Origin: an uncultured Verrucomicrobiae bacterium
Lineage (GTDB): Bacteria; Verrucomicrobiota; Verrucomicrobiia; Chthoniobacterales; UBA10450
Assembly (NCBI GenBank): GCA_963726745.1
Contig: CAVSDR010000002.1
Coordinates: 224,001-288,000 of the forward strand
Direction: 5' to 3'
Length of the DNA stretch: 64,000 bases
Numbering within the stretch: position 1 is the first letter of the stretch; each line of letters starts with the position of its first letter. The notes beneath the pieces were generated by a model. That model was not told where the DNA came from, searched no databases, and saw only the letters and a program-made list of their open reading frames with translations. This document shows, in pieces, positions 30,336 to 41,439 of this stretch. Both the position numbers and the translations under genes were made by a program.

Positions 30336-31175
30336 ATGAGCTTTCCCAAACAGAGCGAAGTCGAGTTGCCGCTACTGAAGGTGCTTCTCGAACTCGGTGG
30401 AAAAGCAGCGCCGAAGGAAATCTATCCGCGTATCACGAGTATGTTCCCGCAGCTGACTGACGAAGACAAAGCCGCGCGACTCCCAAGTAGTCCGTCAACA
30501 TTTCGCTGGCACAATCTTGTTCAGTGGGGTCGACAGCGACTGGTCGACAAAGGCGAAATCGACGCTTCACAGCGCGGTGTGTGGAAGCTGACGCCACGTG
30601 GTCGTGCCCGTGCTCAAGGGGCTGATGCACAATCGCCGACGGAACTCCTGCTGGCCCACCAAGCGACGTTGCAGGACCTCGTGAGTGACAACGAGTCCGA
30701 GGTTAAGCGGCGCATTGCTTCGGAGCTGCAAGCGCTACGGCCTATCGATTTCGAGCAGTTCTGCCTCTCGTTCCTTGGGCCACTCGGGTATGAGCAACTC
30801 GAAGTAACAAACAAAGGTGCCGACCGCGGAATCGATGGGCATGGCCTGTTCCGCCAAGGAGTCGTTTCGATCCGCTCCGCTTTTCAGGCCAAACGCTGGC
30901 GAGGCAATCCGGTAAGCCGACCCGAAATCGACAAATTCCGAGGCGCCATCCAAGGCGACTACGACCACGGCGTTTTTCTGACGACAGGCAGATTCACCGC
31001 TGACGCCGAGGCGGCTTCAATCAAGAAGGGCGCTATTTCGCTTCTACTCCTGGATGGAGCGGCGATTGCCGAAAATATGATCCGGAACAGCATCGGCGTC
31101 CGCACCAGGCCCGTTCAACTTTTTGATATCGATCCGGAGTTCTTTCGGTTCTCAGCTAGTGAGACCCTGCTATGA
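30336..31175 (+). CDS. mrr: Mrr-family (type IV) restriction endonuclease
   Basis: N-terminal wHTH (WGRQRL...RGVWKLT); FEQF, DRGIDG, QAKRW, FRGA, GVFLTT. Confidence 0.9.
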   Translation: MSFPKQSEVELPLLKVLLELGGKAAPKEIYPRITSMFPQLTDEDKAARLPSSPSTFRWHNLVQWGRQRLVDKGEIDASQRGVWKLTPRGRARAQGADAQSPTELLLAHQATLQDLVSDNESEVKRRIASELQALRPIDFEQFCLSFLGPLGYEQLEVTNKGADRGIDGHGLFRQGVVSIRSAFQAKRWRGNPVSRPEIDKFRGAIQGDYDHGVFLTTGRFTADAEAASIKKGAISLLLLDGAAIAENMIRNSIGVRTRPVQLFDIDPEFFRFSASETLL

Positions 31176-31241
31176 TGGGGCCCTTAGGTGCCATCGCTTG
31201 CGAGTTGACTCATTCTCAGACTTTGCGAAAGCCGGCCGGAA

Positions 31242-32231
31242 ATGAACGATTTCTTTAAACGACTGAAGCAGCGCAAGCTTGTACAATGGGCGATCGCGTA
31301 CACGGCCGCGGCGTTCGTGCTGCTGGGAGGGGTGGAAAATGTTGCGCATAGTTTCGCATGGCCGGGGGCCATCGAGCGCGGGTTTATCATCGCGGCCTCT
31401 GTCGGGTTCTTTTTTGTGTTAGTCCTCGCATGGTATCACGGCGAGCGCGGGGCGCAGCACGTGAGTGGAACAGAGCTTCTTATTCTGGCGCTGCTTCTTA
31501 CACTCGGTGGCGCCCTGCTTTGGGGCGTCGCTGGCAGAACCGGGGCTAGTGCCGATCAGCGGAAAGCCCGTTTTTTGAACGAGCCCAGCGTGGGAAAAGC
31601 AGACGCTTCGACGCCCAAGCCGATTCCTATCGTCAACACCTCGGCGCATCTCAACGATCGACCTTGGCTAAGCGTTGAAATAACCCCGTCCGGGGTAATC
31701 AAATACTATGATCAAGGAGGACTTAACTTTTCGCTCAGATTTCGCGTAACGAACCATGGCCATTCCCCGGCAACCGATGTCAGGATAAAATCCGAACTCG
31801 TTTTCAGTGCTTTCAGTGATGCTATAAAGGAGCAACAACGAGTTGCTCATCGAATCGCGGGAGGCCAAGCATTTGGTTCTGGGGTCGTGTTCCCCGGGGT
31901 TCCCGTAGAGGTGGAGCTAGTTCATCTTTCTAACATCAACGAAGCGATAGCATCCATCCCTGAACCGGAGCGGCGCGGGAAAACCATGCCTCGCTCGCTA
32001 AGCGAAGCCAGAGAGTGGAATGAGTTCGTCCGTCCGTCGATTGCAGGCTGCATCACCTACAAGTTTGGGCCACCGGAAGCACAACTCGTTGGTGAGACAG
32101 GTTTTGTTCGGATGATCATGCAAAGGCGCGAGAACACTCCCGGATTTTTTTTATTAAAATTGGGCGAAGACGTCCCGCAGGAACTCGTTTTGATCGAGAC
32201 GTATCCCCAAGGAGGGGATTACGCCCGATAA
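31242..32231 (+). CDS. Membrane protein with three N-terminal TM helices and an unknown soluble domain
   Basis: FFKRLKQRKLVQWAIAY...LAWYHGERG; lower-GC 3' half. Confidence 0.65.
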   Translation: MNDFFKRLKQRKLVQWAIAYTAAAFVLLGGVENVAHSFAWPGAIERGFIIAASVGFFFVLVLAWYHGERGAQHVSGTELLILALLLTLGGALLWGVAGRTGASADQRKARFLNEPSVGKADASTPKPIPIVNTSAHLNDRPWLSVEITPSGVIKYYDQGGLNFSLRFRVTNHGHSPATDVRIKSELVFSAFSDAIKEQQRVAHRIAGGQAFGSGVVFPGVPVEVELVHLSNINEAIASIPEPERRGKTMPRSLSEAREWNEFVRPSIAGCITYKFGPPEAQLVGETGFVRMIMQRRENTPGFFLLKLGEDVPQELVLIETYPQGGDYAR

Positions 32232-32249
32232 AATAGAGAGGACGGACAA

Positions 32250-32537
32250 GGAGTCAGTCCTAAAATCCTGGTAGCGTCCAGGCGTGCGAGACGCTGCCGT
32301 GGCAGGGTAGCCGAGGCAGCGCAGGAATTCATCGCAGTCCTGCTAGCGTAATCCCAATTCCGCGACATCGGCCAGCCCAAGGCGCCCGGTGATCTCGGAA
32401 AGGAGTTCGGCATCGGCAGGCTGGAACGCTGCTTCCATCATCGTCTGCTCAGCCCAGTGGACAAGTTCCGCTTCGCGGAGTTCGCCGTCCAGGTAGTCTG
32501 CGATTTTTCCGGCCGTGATGTGACGAGTGATCTTCAT
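32250..32537 (-). pseudogene. Small helical hypothetical gene interrupted by an in-frame TAG
   Basis: ...GRLGLADVAELGLR*QDCDEFLRCLGY: protein-like reading continues after the stop at 32343-32345; left limit approximate. Confidence 0.5.
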
Positions 32538-32899
32538 CTGGGAATCAGAATGACAGATCGACAGTTGAGACCCGGAACTCTGGCGAGGGCCTGATCGTTA
32601 GTCCAAAGCGCGGTCCCGAATTCCATTGAGGTCGCACAGACAACGGCGTCTGGCAGCTTCAAATGCTGCTCCTTCCGGAGCGTCACCGCTCGGGCGCGAA
32701 TGGGGGGAGTCAGTTCGCAAACAATGAGCTGCTTCAAGAACTTGCGAATCCGCTCCTCTTCCTCACGCGTGAGTGAGGGCCACGCGAGCAATTCCATCTC
32801 GGTGATGACTGAGATCCCGTAATCGCCCATTGGGAGAGGCGTAGCCAAACGGCCGCCGAGCAAGTAAAGGGCGACGTTGGTATCGAGCAGGCCAGTCAT
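32534..32899 (-). CDS. vapC: PIN-domain toxin
   Basis: LLDTN, SVITEMEL, LKLPDAVVCAT, TND. Confidence 0.9.
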   Translation of the reverse strand: MTGLLDTNVALYLLGGRLATPLPMGDYGISVITEMELLAWPSLTREEEERIRKFLKQLIVCELTPPIRARAVTLRKEQHLKLPDAVVCATSMEFGTALWTNDQALARVPGLNCRSVILIPR

Positions 32900-33100
32900 T
32901 TACCACTCGCCGCGGACGCGCTGCTGCCAGGTAAGGGGGTCTTCGGACAAGCGGATCGCTCCGGCGAATTCGCGCAGGTCACTCGGGTTATTTTCGACCG
33001 AGCCGCCGTTCACGCGCGACGCCAGAAATGCGATCAGTTGCTTTTTCTGATCGAGCGGCAGCGCATCGGCCGCGGCTTCAATCTCTTGGAGCGTGCTCAT
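32900..33100 (-). CDS. Putative antitoxin
   Basis: 66 aa, abuts vapC; ends DPLTWQQRVRGEW. Confidence 0.75.
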   Translation of the reverse strand: MSTLQEIEAAADALPLDQKKQLIAFLASRVNGGSVENNPSDLREFAGAIRLSEDPLTWQQRVRGEW

Positions 33101-33151
33101 GGGCAAACGATAGCATTCGACGTCTGCGCCTACGAGGATAACGATGGCGAG

Positions 33152-33212
33152 GAAAAGGTTCGTGCCTGCGGGGGCCGCAGGCACCAGCACGCCGGAGGCA
33201 TGCGCTACCCGC
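33152..33212. repeat. REP-like palindromic element
   Basis: GTGCCTGCGG-GGG-CCGCAGGCAC stem plus a second short stem GCACGCC/GGCATGC. Confidence 0.6.
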
Positions 33213-33237
33213 ACCGGATCACAACGCGTGGTGCGCC

Positions 33238-34181
33238 CTACTTCATCCGGTCGAAGGTTTTCTGGAGCAACGCGAGATCGGTGGGCTGGCCCAGCTTCTC
33301 GCGGGTTTGGTCGACCCACTTTTTCTCTAGGGCGTTTTTCGTCGGCCGGTCGTTTTGATAAAAAACGCCAAACACTCCCGGGAACGGTAACTTCGCCAGC
33401 TTGTAGGCGGCAATTTCGTCGGTGACTCGTGGCGGGCTTCGTCCTCGGGGGTGTTGTCGTATTTTTTCTCGTCGATCACCGGGAAGGCGCCGCCTTTCCG
33501 CGGGTTGGCCGGATCGAAGGCGCCGGGGAAGAATTCGACACACTCGCTGAGGCACTCGATGACGCTGAAGCCCTGGTGATCCATCGCGCGCTCGATCATC
33601 GAGATCATGTGGTTGACCTGGCTGGCGTGGGTGCGCGCGACGAAGGTGGCGCCGGCGGTGATGAGTTTGGTCATCGGGTTGACCGGGTGGTCGATCGCGC
33701 CTTGCGGGTCGGTTTTGCTCTTGAAGCCGATGGGGCTGGTGGGCGAGGTCTGCTTTTTGGTCAGGCCATAGACGAAGTTGTCCATGATGACGTAGGTCAG
33801 GTTGATGTTCTTGCGCGCGCCGTGCTCGAGGTGGTTGCCGCCGATGCTGAAGCCGTCGCCGTCGCCGCCGAAGAGGAAGACCTGGAGGTCGGGGCGCGAG
33901 AGGCTGACGCCGCTGGCCAGGGGGACGGCGCGGCCGTGGATGAAGTGGGCGCCGTAGCTATTGACGAAATAGGGGAAGCGCGAGGAGCAGCCGATGCCGG
34001 CGAGGGTGACGATCTTCTCGTGGTCGAGCTGGCGTTTCTCGAGGACTTTGTAGTAGCAGGCGAGGACGGCGAAGTCGCCGCAGCCGGGGCACCACGTGGG
34101 GTGATCGGCGGTGATGGCTTTCTTGGTGAGCTTCTCGCGTGCGGGAAGCTCGGCGGGTGCGGTCAGGGTGTCGGTGCTCAT
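33238..34181 (-). CDS. korB: 2-oxoacid:ferredoxin oxidoreductase beta subunit; frameshift near 33430
   Basis: WCPGCGD, GIGCSSR, HGR, GGDGD, YGLTKKQTSPT. Confidence 0.9.
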
Positions 34182-34210
34182 GATGAAGGATTCGTTAGGG
34201 GGCGCGGCGC

Positions 34211-36263
34211 TTATTTTTCCAATTCGGTCTCACGGGTTTCGTTTGTCCCGGAGGAAGCGCGGATGGCTTCGGTGCCGGGCTTCGTCGGCGTGTTGTCCTG
34301 GGCGCGGTCGCGCGCGGGGGAGACGGTGGCTTCGGCGCGTTCAGTGGTGGAGGCGACGCTGGCGGTGGCGCCCTGGCCGTTGCCATTTCCATTGCCCGTG
34401 AGGCGCGGGGCCGCGGCCGGCGGCGTGAAGCCGTCGCCTAATCCGGTCGAGGATTTCGCGGACGCGATAGGTCAGGCCGTCGGTCTTGCTCAGGCTGGTG
34501 ATCTTCGGGTCGCAATAGCGGGCGCGCAGGATGGTGGCGAGCTGGCCGTAGCCGTAGACGCCCTGGTCGTTCATCTCCACGACGACGATGCGGCTGAACT
34601 TGCTGAATATTTTCTCGAGACCGTTCGGGAGCGGATGGATGTGGCGCAGATGGATCGCGGCGATTCGGTGGCCGTGCTTGCGTCCGAGTTTCACGGCATC
34701 GTGGATCGGGCCGTAGGTGGAGCCCCAGCCGATGAGAAGCATCTCGCCCTCGGCTGTCGCCGTAGATGTCCGGCACGCGGCAATTCCTCGGCGAGCTTTT
34801 GCAATTTCACGCGCCGCTTTGCGGTCATGGCCATGTGCAGCTTCGGGCTGCCGGTCGGGTGGCCCATGCTCGTCGTGCTCCAGGCCGGTGACGAGCGGAT
34901 ATTTGCCGTCGAGGATGCGCGTGCCGGGCGGCGACGTGCTGGGTAATGGCGTCGAGCGGGTAGGGCTTGAAGGTCGCGCGCGGGGTGAGGTCGAGCTTAG
35001 GGTCAACCATCGATCTTCTCGAGCTTCGGCTCGTCGAAGGCCTCGATGCGCGTGGCGAGCGAGGTGTCGCTTAAGATGAAAACGGGCGTGCTGTATTTGC
35101 GCGCGATGCGCGCGGCTTCGAGCGCGATGTAGAAGCAATCCTCCACCGTCTGCGCGGCAAGGACGACGCGCGGACTGTCGCCGTGCCCGCCGAAGATCGC
35201 CTGGTGCAGGTCGCTTTGCTCCACGTTCGTCGGCAGACCGGTGCTCGGGCCGCCGCGTTGCACATTGATAATGATCAGCGGCATCTCCGCCATCGAGGCC
35301 CAGCCGATCGCTTCGGTCTTGAGCGAGATGCCGGGGCCGGCGCTGCCGGTGACCGCGAGATGGCCGGCTAACGAGAAGCCGAGCGCAGTCGAGACGGCCG
35401 CGAGTTCATCTTCCGACTGGACGAAGAGGCCGCCGTATTTCGGAAGCTCGCGCCGGAGGATTTCCATGACCGACGACCACGGGGTGATCGGGTAGCCGGC
35501 ACCGTAACGCACGCCCGCGGCGAGGAGGCCGTAGGCGAGCGCCTGGTTGCCGTCCATCGTGATCTGGTCGCGCGCGCCCGGCTTTTTCTCGACCTGCTCG
35601 AACTGGTAGAGCCGCTCGAGGACATTGCCGACCGGGTAATTGTAGCCGGCCTGGAATCCCATGAGCGCGGTGTTGACGATGCTCTCGTCTTTGCCGGCGA
35701 ACTTCTCGCCGATGAGCTTCTTCAGCTTGTCGACATCGAGGTGGAAAATCTTCGCGATCAACCCGAGGACAAACATGTTCTTGCCCTTGTCCTTCGCGGT
35801 CCCGCCGAGCGCCTCGACCGTGAGGCCGGTGATCGGCACGCCGACGTAAACGAAGCGGCGATCGTCGAGATCGGGCTCGACGTTGTCGGAGTCGTAAAGG
35901 AGAACGCCGCCCTCCTTCAGGAAGCTGATGTGGTCCTGGTAGCTGTGCTGATAGAAGGCGACCAGGAAGTCGGCTTCGTCGCCCGCGGAGAGGACTTCGC
36001 CCGTGCCGATGCGCACCTGGAAAATCGACGGCCCGCCGGAAATAGTCGACGGGATGGTCATGTAAGTCATGACGTCCTGGTCGCTCCGGCCGGCGAGCCG
36101 GGCGAGGAAGGCGCCGGCGGTCTGGATGCCGTCCTGCGAGTTGCCGGCGAGACGAATGACGGCGTCGTCGATGTGTTCCGCGCCGAAGATCGGCGCGGTC
36201 GTTAGGCGCAGGGGCGCCGGTGGAAGTTGCGGCAGGCTTGGCGACGGGATCGGTAGGGTTCAC
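34211..36263 (-). CDS. korA: 2-oxoacid:acceptor oxidoreductase alpha subunit; several frameshifts
   Basis: AGYPITP, EDE, QRGGPSTGLPT, IGWGST, VEMN spread over successive frames; start approximate. Confidence 0.88.
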
Positions 36264-36348
36264 GGCGTTTGGGTGGCCCTGAAAACTGCGGCAACCAGCG
36301 GGGTTTGGCCAGCGCAAATCCGGCGCGCGCGGCGGCGCATCTCCTCGG

Positions 36349-36828
36349 TCAGGCCGCGGTGGTGGCCATGACCACGTTGCTGTAGCGCGCGTCGTCCGAG
36401 ACATCCTCGCCGAACCAATCCGGCGGGACGAAGGCCTGGCAGCTCGCGAGATCGGGGAACTCCACCTCGACCACGACCACGCCCTCGTGCCGGCCGGAAT
36501 AGACATCGACTTCAGCCACGCGCTCGCCCAGCGGCATGTCGTAGCGCGTCTTGGTGAGGCGGCGGCCTTCCGTGCCCGGCCAAAGCGCGGCAAACTGCTC
36601 CGGCGAAAGGGCGATCTCGCGCTCCTCGCGTCCATCGGTCCGGTCGCGCTTGTAGGTCAGCGAACAGGCGTCGCCTTTCCGGCGCAATCGCACCTGCACC
36701 CCGCCGCGCTCGATCGCGAGATAGCCTTGCTCAATCGCGGCGTGCGGATGGCTCGCGAGGCCATCCGGCAGGCGACGCAGGAGAAACTTGCGCTCGATCT
36801 CGCGGGCTGGGGTGGCAGAGGCGGACAT
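36349..36828 (-). CDS. CYTH-domain protein
   Basis: EIERKFL, QGYL, EVEF. Confidence 0.9.
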   Translation of the reverse strand: MSASATPAREIERKFLLRRLPDGLASHPHAAIEQGYLAIERGGVQVRLRRKGDACSLTYKRDRTDGREEREIALSPEQFAALWPGTEGRRLTKTRYDMPLGERVAEVDVYSGRHEGVVVVEVEFPDLASCQAFVPPDWFGEDVSDDARYSNVVMATTAA

Positions 36829-36930
36829 GAAGCTTTGCTTAACGAATCCGGCGGCGATTGCACTCGCAATCTTGCGCCGGGAAGCTCACGTCGCACGACC
36901 GACGGCGCCGCGCGGCGCGATGCGGTTTGC

Positions 36931-37296
36931 ATGAACCAGATCATGCTCATCTCCGCCTACGTGCACGGCGGGCAATGGGTCTTTGATGACGCCGACCGCG
37001 ACCTGGTGAAAGAGCCGTTTGTTTGCGGTGCCGACCTGGTCATTGACCGGCTCTGCCTGAAGGCCGGCCTCCCGGAGCCGGTGCGGCGCGAGGGAAACCA
37101 GGCGACACTGCTCTTCTCCGCAGGCCCGTTTCCTGGCGCTTCGCGCTTGCGACTGCTGCGCCCGGAAGCGGGCGGGAATTGGTATAAGTCCGAGGAGTTC
37201 GGGATCGAGGGCTGGCTCTGTCCGGCGATGTTCCGGTTCTTCGCCGAAACACCGCCGGAGATCTACGCCATCGCAAAGCCACCCGGCGAGGCGTGA
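36931..37296 (+). CDS. Conserved hypothetical protein (DUF6717-like)
   Basis: WVFDD..LVKEPFV.G, GNWY, GWLCPA. Confidence 0.7.
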   Translation: MNQIMLISAYVHGGQWVFDDADRDLVKEPFVCGADLVIDRLCLKAGLPEPVRREGNQATLLFSAGPFPGASRLRLLRPEAGGNWYKSEEFGIEGWLCPAMFRFFAETPPEIYAIAKPPGEA

Positions 37297-37309
37297 AGAA
37301 TTTAGCCAG

Positions 37310-37834
37310 CTAGTTCAAGCGAAAACGCGGCTCGGGATTTTCCGCCGGCCGGGCCGGGTCCAGGTTCATCGCCTTCTCCGGCTTCATCCCGACGAAGAGG
37401 ACCGCGGCCAGCGCCGGGATCGCGGCATCGACCACCGTGTGGTGCGCGCCGAGCAGATGGCGCGAAGTTTCCGGCGGCAGTTCGCTGCCCGGCGCGAGAT
37501 GGTGGCTGGTGTGGAAGCGCAGCTCGCCGTCGTCGCAGTCGAAGTCGAACGAGCCGATGGGCAGGGCAAAGTTCAACCGCGCGACCAGCTCGGCGCAGGC
37601 GCGGCGCCGGCTCTTCGGGGCGGTCAAGGGGAGCAACGAGAGGCAGGAGAAGCGGCCGTCGTCGTCCTCCATCGCCACGCACCGCCAGCGGCCGTGGCGG
37701 CCCTGGATGTAGAAGTCGATCACGCCCGCGTCGGTGTCCGTCGACCACCGGCATTGTTCCTCAGCAAGGACCTGCTGGAACGATTCCAAGGATTTTTTAA
37801 TCACGCGCCGAGGATAGCGGAAGGGGGCAGACAT
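37310..37834 (-). CDS. YbjN/type III chaperone-fold protein
   Basis: ELVARLN...GSFDFDCDDGELRF. Confidence 0.75.
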   Translation of the reverse strand: MSAPFRYPRRVIKKSLESFQQVLAEEQCRWSTDTDAGVIDFYIQGRHGRWRCVAMEDDDGRFSCLSLLPLTAPKSRRRACAELVARLNFALPIGSFDFDCDDGELRFHTSHHLAPGSELPPETSRHLLGAHHTVVDAAIPALAAVLFVGMKPEKAMNLDPARPAENPEPRFRLN

Positions 37835-37916
37835 CTGCTGACCCAGGGCGGAATTTTCTCTTTTTGAGAATTAGTCGGCAAGATCACCGGCTGCGGCGTG
37901 CCGGCGCATCCAAGAG

Positions 37917-37991
37917 TGGCTCCTGAGGTAGGACTCGAACCTACGACCAATCGGTTAACAGCCGATCGCTCTACCACTGAGCTACTCAGGA
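37917..37991 (-). tRNA. tRNA-Asn (GTT)
   Basis: TCCTGAGTAGCTCAGTGGTAGAGCGATCGGCTGTTAACCGATTGGTCGTAGGTTCGAGTCCTACCTCAGGAGCCA. Confidence 0.97.
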
Positions 37992-38077
37992 TCGTTTCCG
38001 TCGATTGACGGGCGTATATCTTGACCACATGTCGGGCGGCGGCAAGTGCGTTTCTTTCGCTTGGTGCGCGGCGCGCT

Positions 38078-39335
38078 TTAGCGCATCTGGCCGGTGCCGC
38101 GGAGGAGGTATTTGTAGGTGGTTAATTCCTCCAAACCCATCGGGCCGCGGACGCCGATCTTGCCGGTGCTGATCCCCATCTCGGCGCCAAATCCGAACTC
38201 GCTCCCGTCGGTGAAACGCGTCGAGGCATTCCAGTAAACCGCGGCGGAATCGACCGCGCGCAGGAAGCTTTCGGCGGCGGCTTCATCGGCGGTAACGATG
38301 GCGTCGCTGTGGTGCGAGCCGTGCGTTTCGATGTGCTCGATCGCGGCCGCGAGGTCGTCCACCACGCGGACGGCGAGCTTCAACTCGAGGAACTCCGTGT
38401 CCCAATCGGCCGCGGTTGGCCCGGCGGAGCCGGGAATAGCCGGCAACTTCGAGCAGCCCGAAGGCGGTCTCGTCGCAGCGCAGTTCAAGCCCGGCCTGGG
38501 CGGCGCCGGGAGCGAAGCGCCGGAGGAAACTGCCGGCAATTTCACGATGCAGCAGGAGCGTCTCGGCAGCGTTGCAAACGCCCGGCCGCTGCGTCTTGGC
38601 GTTGAGCACGATCGCCTCGGCCATGGCCAGGTCGGCCGCGCGATCCACGAAGATCGCGCACAGGCCATGCGAGTGTTTGATCACCGGCATGCGCGCATGT
38701 TGCACCACGGTGTTGATCAAGGCCTCGCCGCCGCGCGGGACGATCACGTCAAGGTAGCGCTCCATCTCCGCGAGCAAACGGACCGCGGCCCGGTCCGTCC
38801 CCGCGACCAGCTGGATGCTGTCGTTAGGCGCGGCGGCCTGGAGCGCGGCGACAATCGCGGCGTTGGAAGCAGCGGCTTCGCTGCCGCCGCGGAGGATGAC
38901 CGCGTTACCCGTCTTGAGACAGAGCGCGGCCGCATCGCTGGTCACGTTCGGGCGCGACTCGTAGATCATGCCGACGACGCCGAGGGGGACGCGTTGTTTG
39001 CAAATGCGGAGGCCGTTTGGCCGGGTCCATTCGCGGATGATTTCGCCCACGGGATCGGGCAACGCCGCCGCGGTGCGGATGGCCTGCGCCATGGCCGCGA
39101 GGCGCGCGTCGTCGAGGCGGAGGCGGTCGATCAAAGCGCTGGCTAAATTCTGCGCCTCGGCGCGGGCGACATCCTCGGAATTAGCCGACAAGATGGCGGC
39201 GCGCTGCGCTTCCAAGGCATCGGCCATGGCCCGGAGCGCTTCGTTTTTTTCCGCAGTCGTTAGGCCGGCCAACGCCCGTGCGGCAGTGCGCGCCCGGCGT
39301 CCGAGATCGAGAATGTGCTCCGCGAGGTCCATCAA
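38078..39335 (-). CDS. proA: Gamma-glutamyl phosphate reductase; frameshift near 38420
   Basis: [32 protein letters not shown]. Confidence 0.95.
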
Positions 39336-40099
39336 CGGGGCAGGGGAAAGCGGGTGCCGACCGCCTGGCCGGCGACGGCCTGGGCGATCCGCTCGGGGTG
39401 CCGGCCATGGATGATCGTCGTGGGAATGCCGGCCGCGACCGCGAGCTGCACGGCCTGAAGTTTCGAGACCATGCCGCCGACGGAATGAGCGCCCTTGGCC
39501 GCGGAAGCAAAGCTCTTCACACGCTCGATGTCGCGCACCAGCGGGACCAAGCGGCCGGCGTCATCCATTAATCCATCGACCTGCGTGAGGATGAGCAGGA
39601 GGTCGGCGCGCGCGAGCATCGCGACCTCGGCGGAGAGCCGGTCGTTGTCGCCAAACTTCAATTCCTCGACCGCAATGGAGTCGTTCTCGTTGATGATCGG
39701 GATGATGTTGCCGGCTGCGAGCAGGCGTTCGAGCGTGCCTTTCGCGTTTGCGTGACGCATGCGGCTGTCGAGATCGCCGTGCGTCAGGAGCAGCTGCGCG
39801 ACATTGAGCCGATGCCGCGCGAAAGCGGTTTCGTAGGCGCGCATGAGCTTCGATTGTCCGACGGCGGCGGTGGCCTGGAGGGTGGCGAGTTCGCCGGGGC
39901 GCTCGGCGAGGTTCATCGCGCTCATCCCCGCGGCGACCGCGCCGCTGCTCACGAGCACGCATTGATGGCCCGCCCTAACGAGGGCTGCGACCGCGCCGCT
40001 CAGTTGCGCGAATTGCTTCAGGTCCAGGCCGCGGCCGGCGGGGCGCGTGAGAATGCCGGAGCCAAACTTCAGGACGATGCGTTTGCGGGTGCGCGCCAT
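39332..40099 (-). CDS. proB: Glutamate 5-kinase (no PUA domain)
   Basis: VLKFGS, VSSGAVAAG, INEND, FGDND, GGMVSK. Confidence 0.95.
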   Translation of the reverse strand: MARTRKRIVLKFGSGILTRPAGRGLDLKQFAQLSGAVAALVRAGHQCVLVSSGAVAAGMSAMNLAERPGELATLQATAAVGQSKLMRAYETAFARHRLNVAQLLLTHGDLDSRMRHANAKGTLERLLAAGNIIPIINENDSIAVEELKFGDNDRLSAEVAMLARADLLLILTQVDGLMDDAGRLVPLVRDIERVKSFASAAKGAHSVGGMVSKLQAVQLAVAAGIPTTIIHGRHPERIAQAVAGQAVGTRFPLPR

Positions 40100-40232
40100 G
40101 GGCGGCCTAGAAGACTGGAGAATGCCTGCGCGCACAAGCCTGCAACGGAAACTCGCCTTGTCCCCAAACCGCTTCACGAAAACGGCCAAACAACGCGGTC
40201 GTGCAAATCGCTGCTTAACGATAGGGTGCCGC

Positions 40233-41435
40233 GTGAACCGTCTCGAAACCCGCACGATCGCGCCGCAGAATGAAGCGCTCCGGCGTTTGCCGCCGTATGT
40301 CTTTGCTGAGCTCGACCGCCTGAAAGCGGCCGCGCGTGCGCGCGGGAAAACGCTGGTCGATCTCGGCATCGGCAGCCCGGATCTGCCGATCGCGCCGGCC
40401 GTGGTCGAGGCGCTCGCGGCCGCCGGACGCGATCCGCTGACGCATGGTTACCCAGCCTTCCGCGGCGCGCCGGCTTACTTCGAGGCGATCGCCGAGTTCA
40501 TGCAGGGGCGTTTCGGCGTGACGATTGACTCGACCGAGCAGGCGATGGCCCTGAGCGGGGCGAAGGAAGGGCTGGCGCAACTCACCCTGGCCATCTGCGC
40601 CCCCGGCGACCTGGTGCTCATCCCGGAAATCTACTATCCGGTTTACGCGCGCGCGGCCTGGCTCGCAGGTGCGGAAGTGCGCTGGGTGCCGATGCGGGCG
40701 GAGGATGGTTTTGTCGTCGACCTGGAGGCGATCGCGCCGGAAGACGCGCTTCGGGCGCGCTCGTTAGTCGTCAATTACCCGAACAATCCCACCGGCGCTC
40801 GCGTGGAGCGCGCTTTCTTCGAGCAAGCGGTCGAGTTTGCGCGGCAGCATCAGGTTTTGCTCGTGAGCGACCTGGCTTACAGCGAGCTGACTTTCGGCGG
40901 CACGCCCGCGCCGAGCGCGCTCGAATGCGATCCGGAGCACGAGGTCACGATCGAGTTTCATTCCTGCTCGAAGACGTTCGGGATGGCCGGGCTGCGGGTG
41001 GGCTTCGCCGTGGGCAACCGCGCCGCGATCGAGGCCCTGGCGGCTTACCGCACCAACGTCGGCTACGGCACGCCCACCGGCGCGCAACACGCCGCGGCTT
41101 ATGCCTTGAATCACCGCGAGACGCTCGTCCCGCCGACGGTCGCCGAATACCGCCAGCGCCGGGACAAAATGTCGGCTGTTTTTGCCGCGGCCGGCTGGCC
41201 GATCACGGTGCCCGACGCGGCGATGTATCTCTGGCTTCAGGTTCCGGAAGGGGTGGACGATTGGACCTGGGTGAAAACGCTGATCGATCTCGACGGCGTG
41301 GTCGTTACGCCTGGGGTCGCCTTTGGCCATGGCGGCCAGGGGTTCTTCCGCATCTCGCTCGTGCGCGATGCCGCCACGCTCGAACGCGCCGCTGCGCTGA
41401 TCACCGCCCGCGCCCGCAGCCTAACGAAAGCCTGA
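40233..41435 (+). CDS. Class I/II PLP aminotransferase
   Basis: [26 protein letters not shown]. Confidence 0.9.
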   Translation: MNRLETRTIAPQNEALRRLPPYVFAELDRLKAAARARGKTLVDLGIGSPDLPIAPAVVEALAAAGRDPLTHGYPAFRGAPAYFEAIAEFMQGRFGVTIDSTEQAMALSGAKEGLAQLTLAICAPGDLVLIPEIYYPVYARAAWLAGAEVRWVPMRAEDGFVVDLEAIAPEDALRARSLVVNYPNNPTGARVERAFFEQAVEFARQHQVLLVSDLAYSELTFGGTPAPSALECDPEHEVTIEFHSCSKTFGMAGLRVGFAVGNRAAIEALAAYRTNVGYGTPTGAQHAAAYALNHRETLVPPTVAEYRQRRDKMSAVFAAAGWPITVPDAAMYLWLQVPEGVDDWTWVKTLIDLDGVVVTPGVAFGHGGQGFFRISLVRDAATLERAAALITARARSLTKA

Positions 41436-41439
41436 AATC

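Noticed and set aside
37310..37991. Integrative element at tRNA-Asn (or at tRNA-fMet)
   Set aside because: No integrase and no duplicated tRNA 3' end seen
33238..39335. Frameshifts in korA, korB and proA (also eamA, desulfurase, VOC, ldhA, MORC) read as pseudogenes or programmed frameshifting
   Set aside because: Scattered 1-nt indels in otherwise intact conserved genes, often in GC runs and with no shared slippery motif; long-read error is more likely
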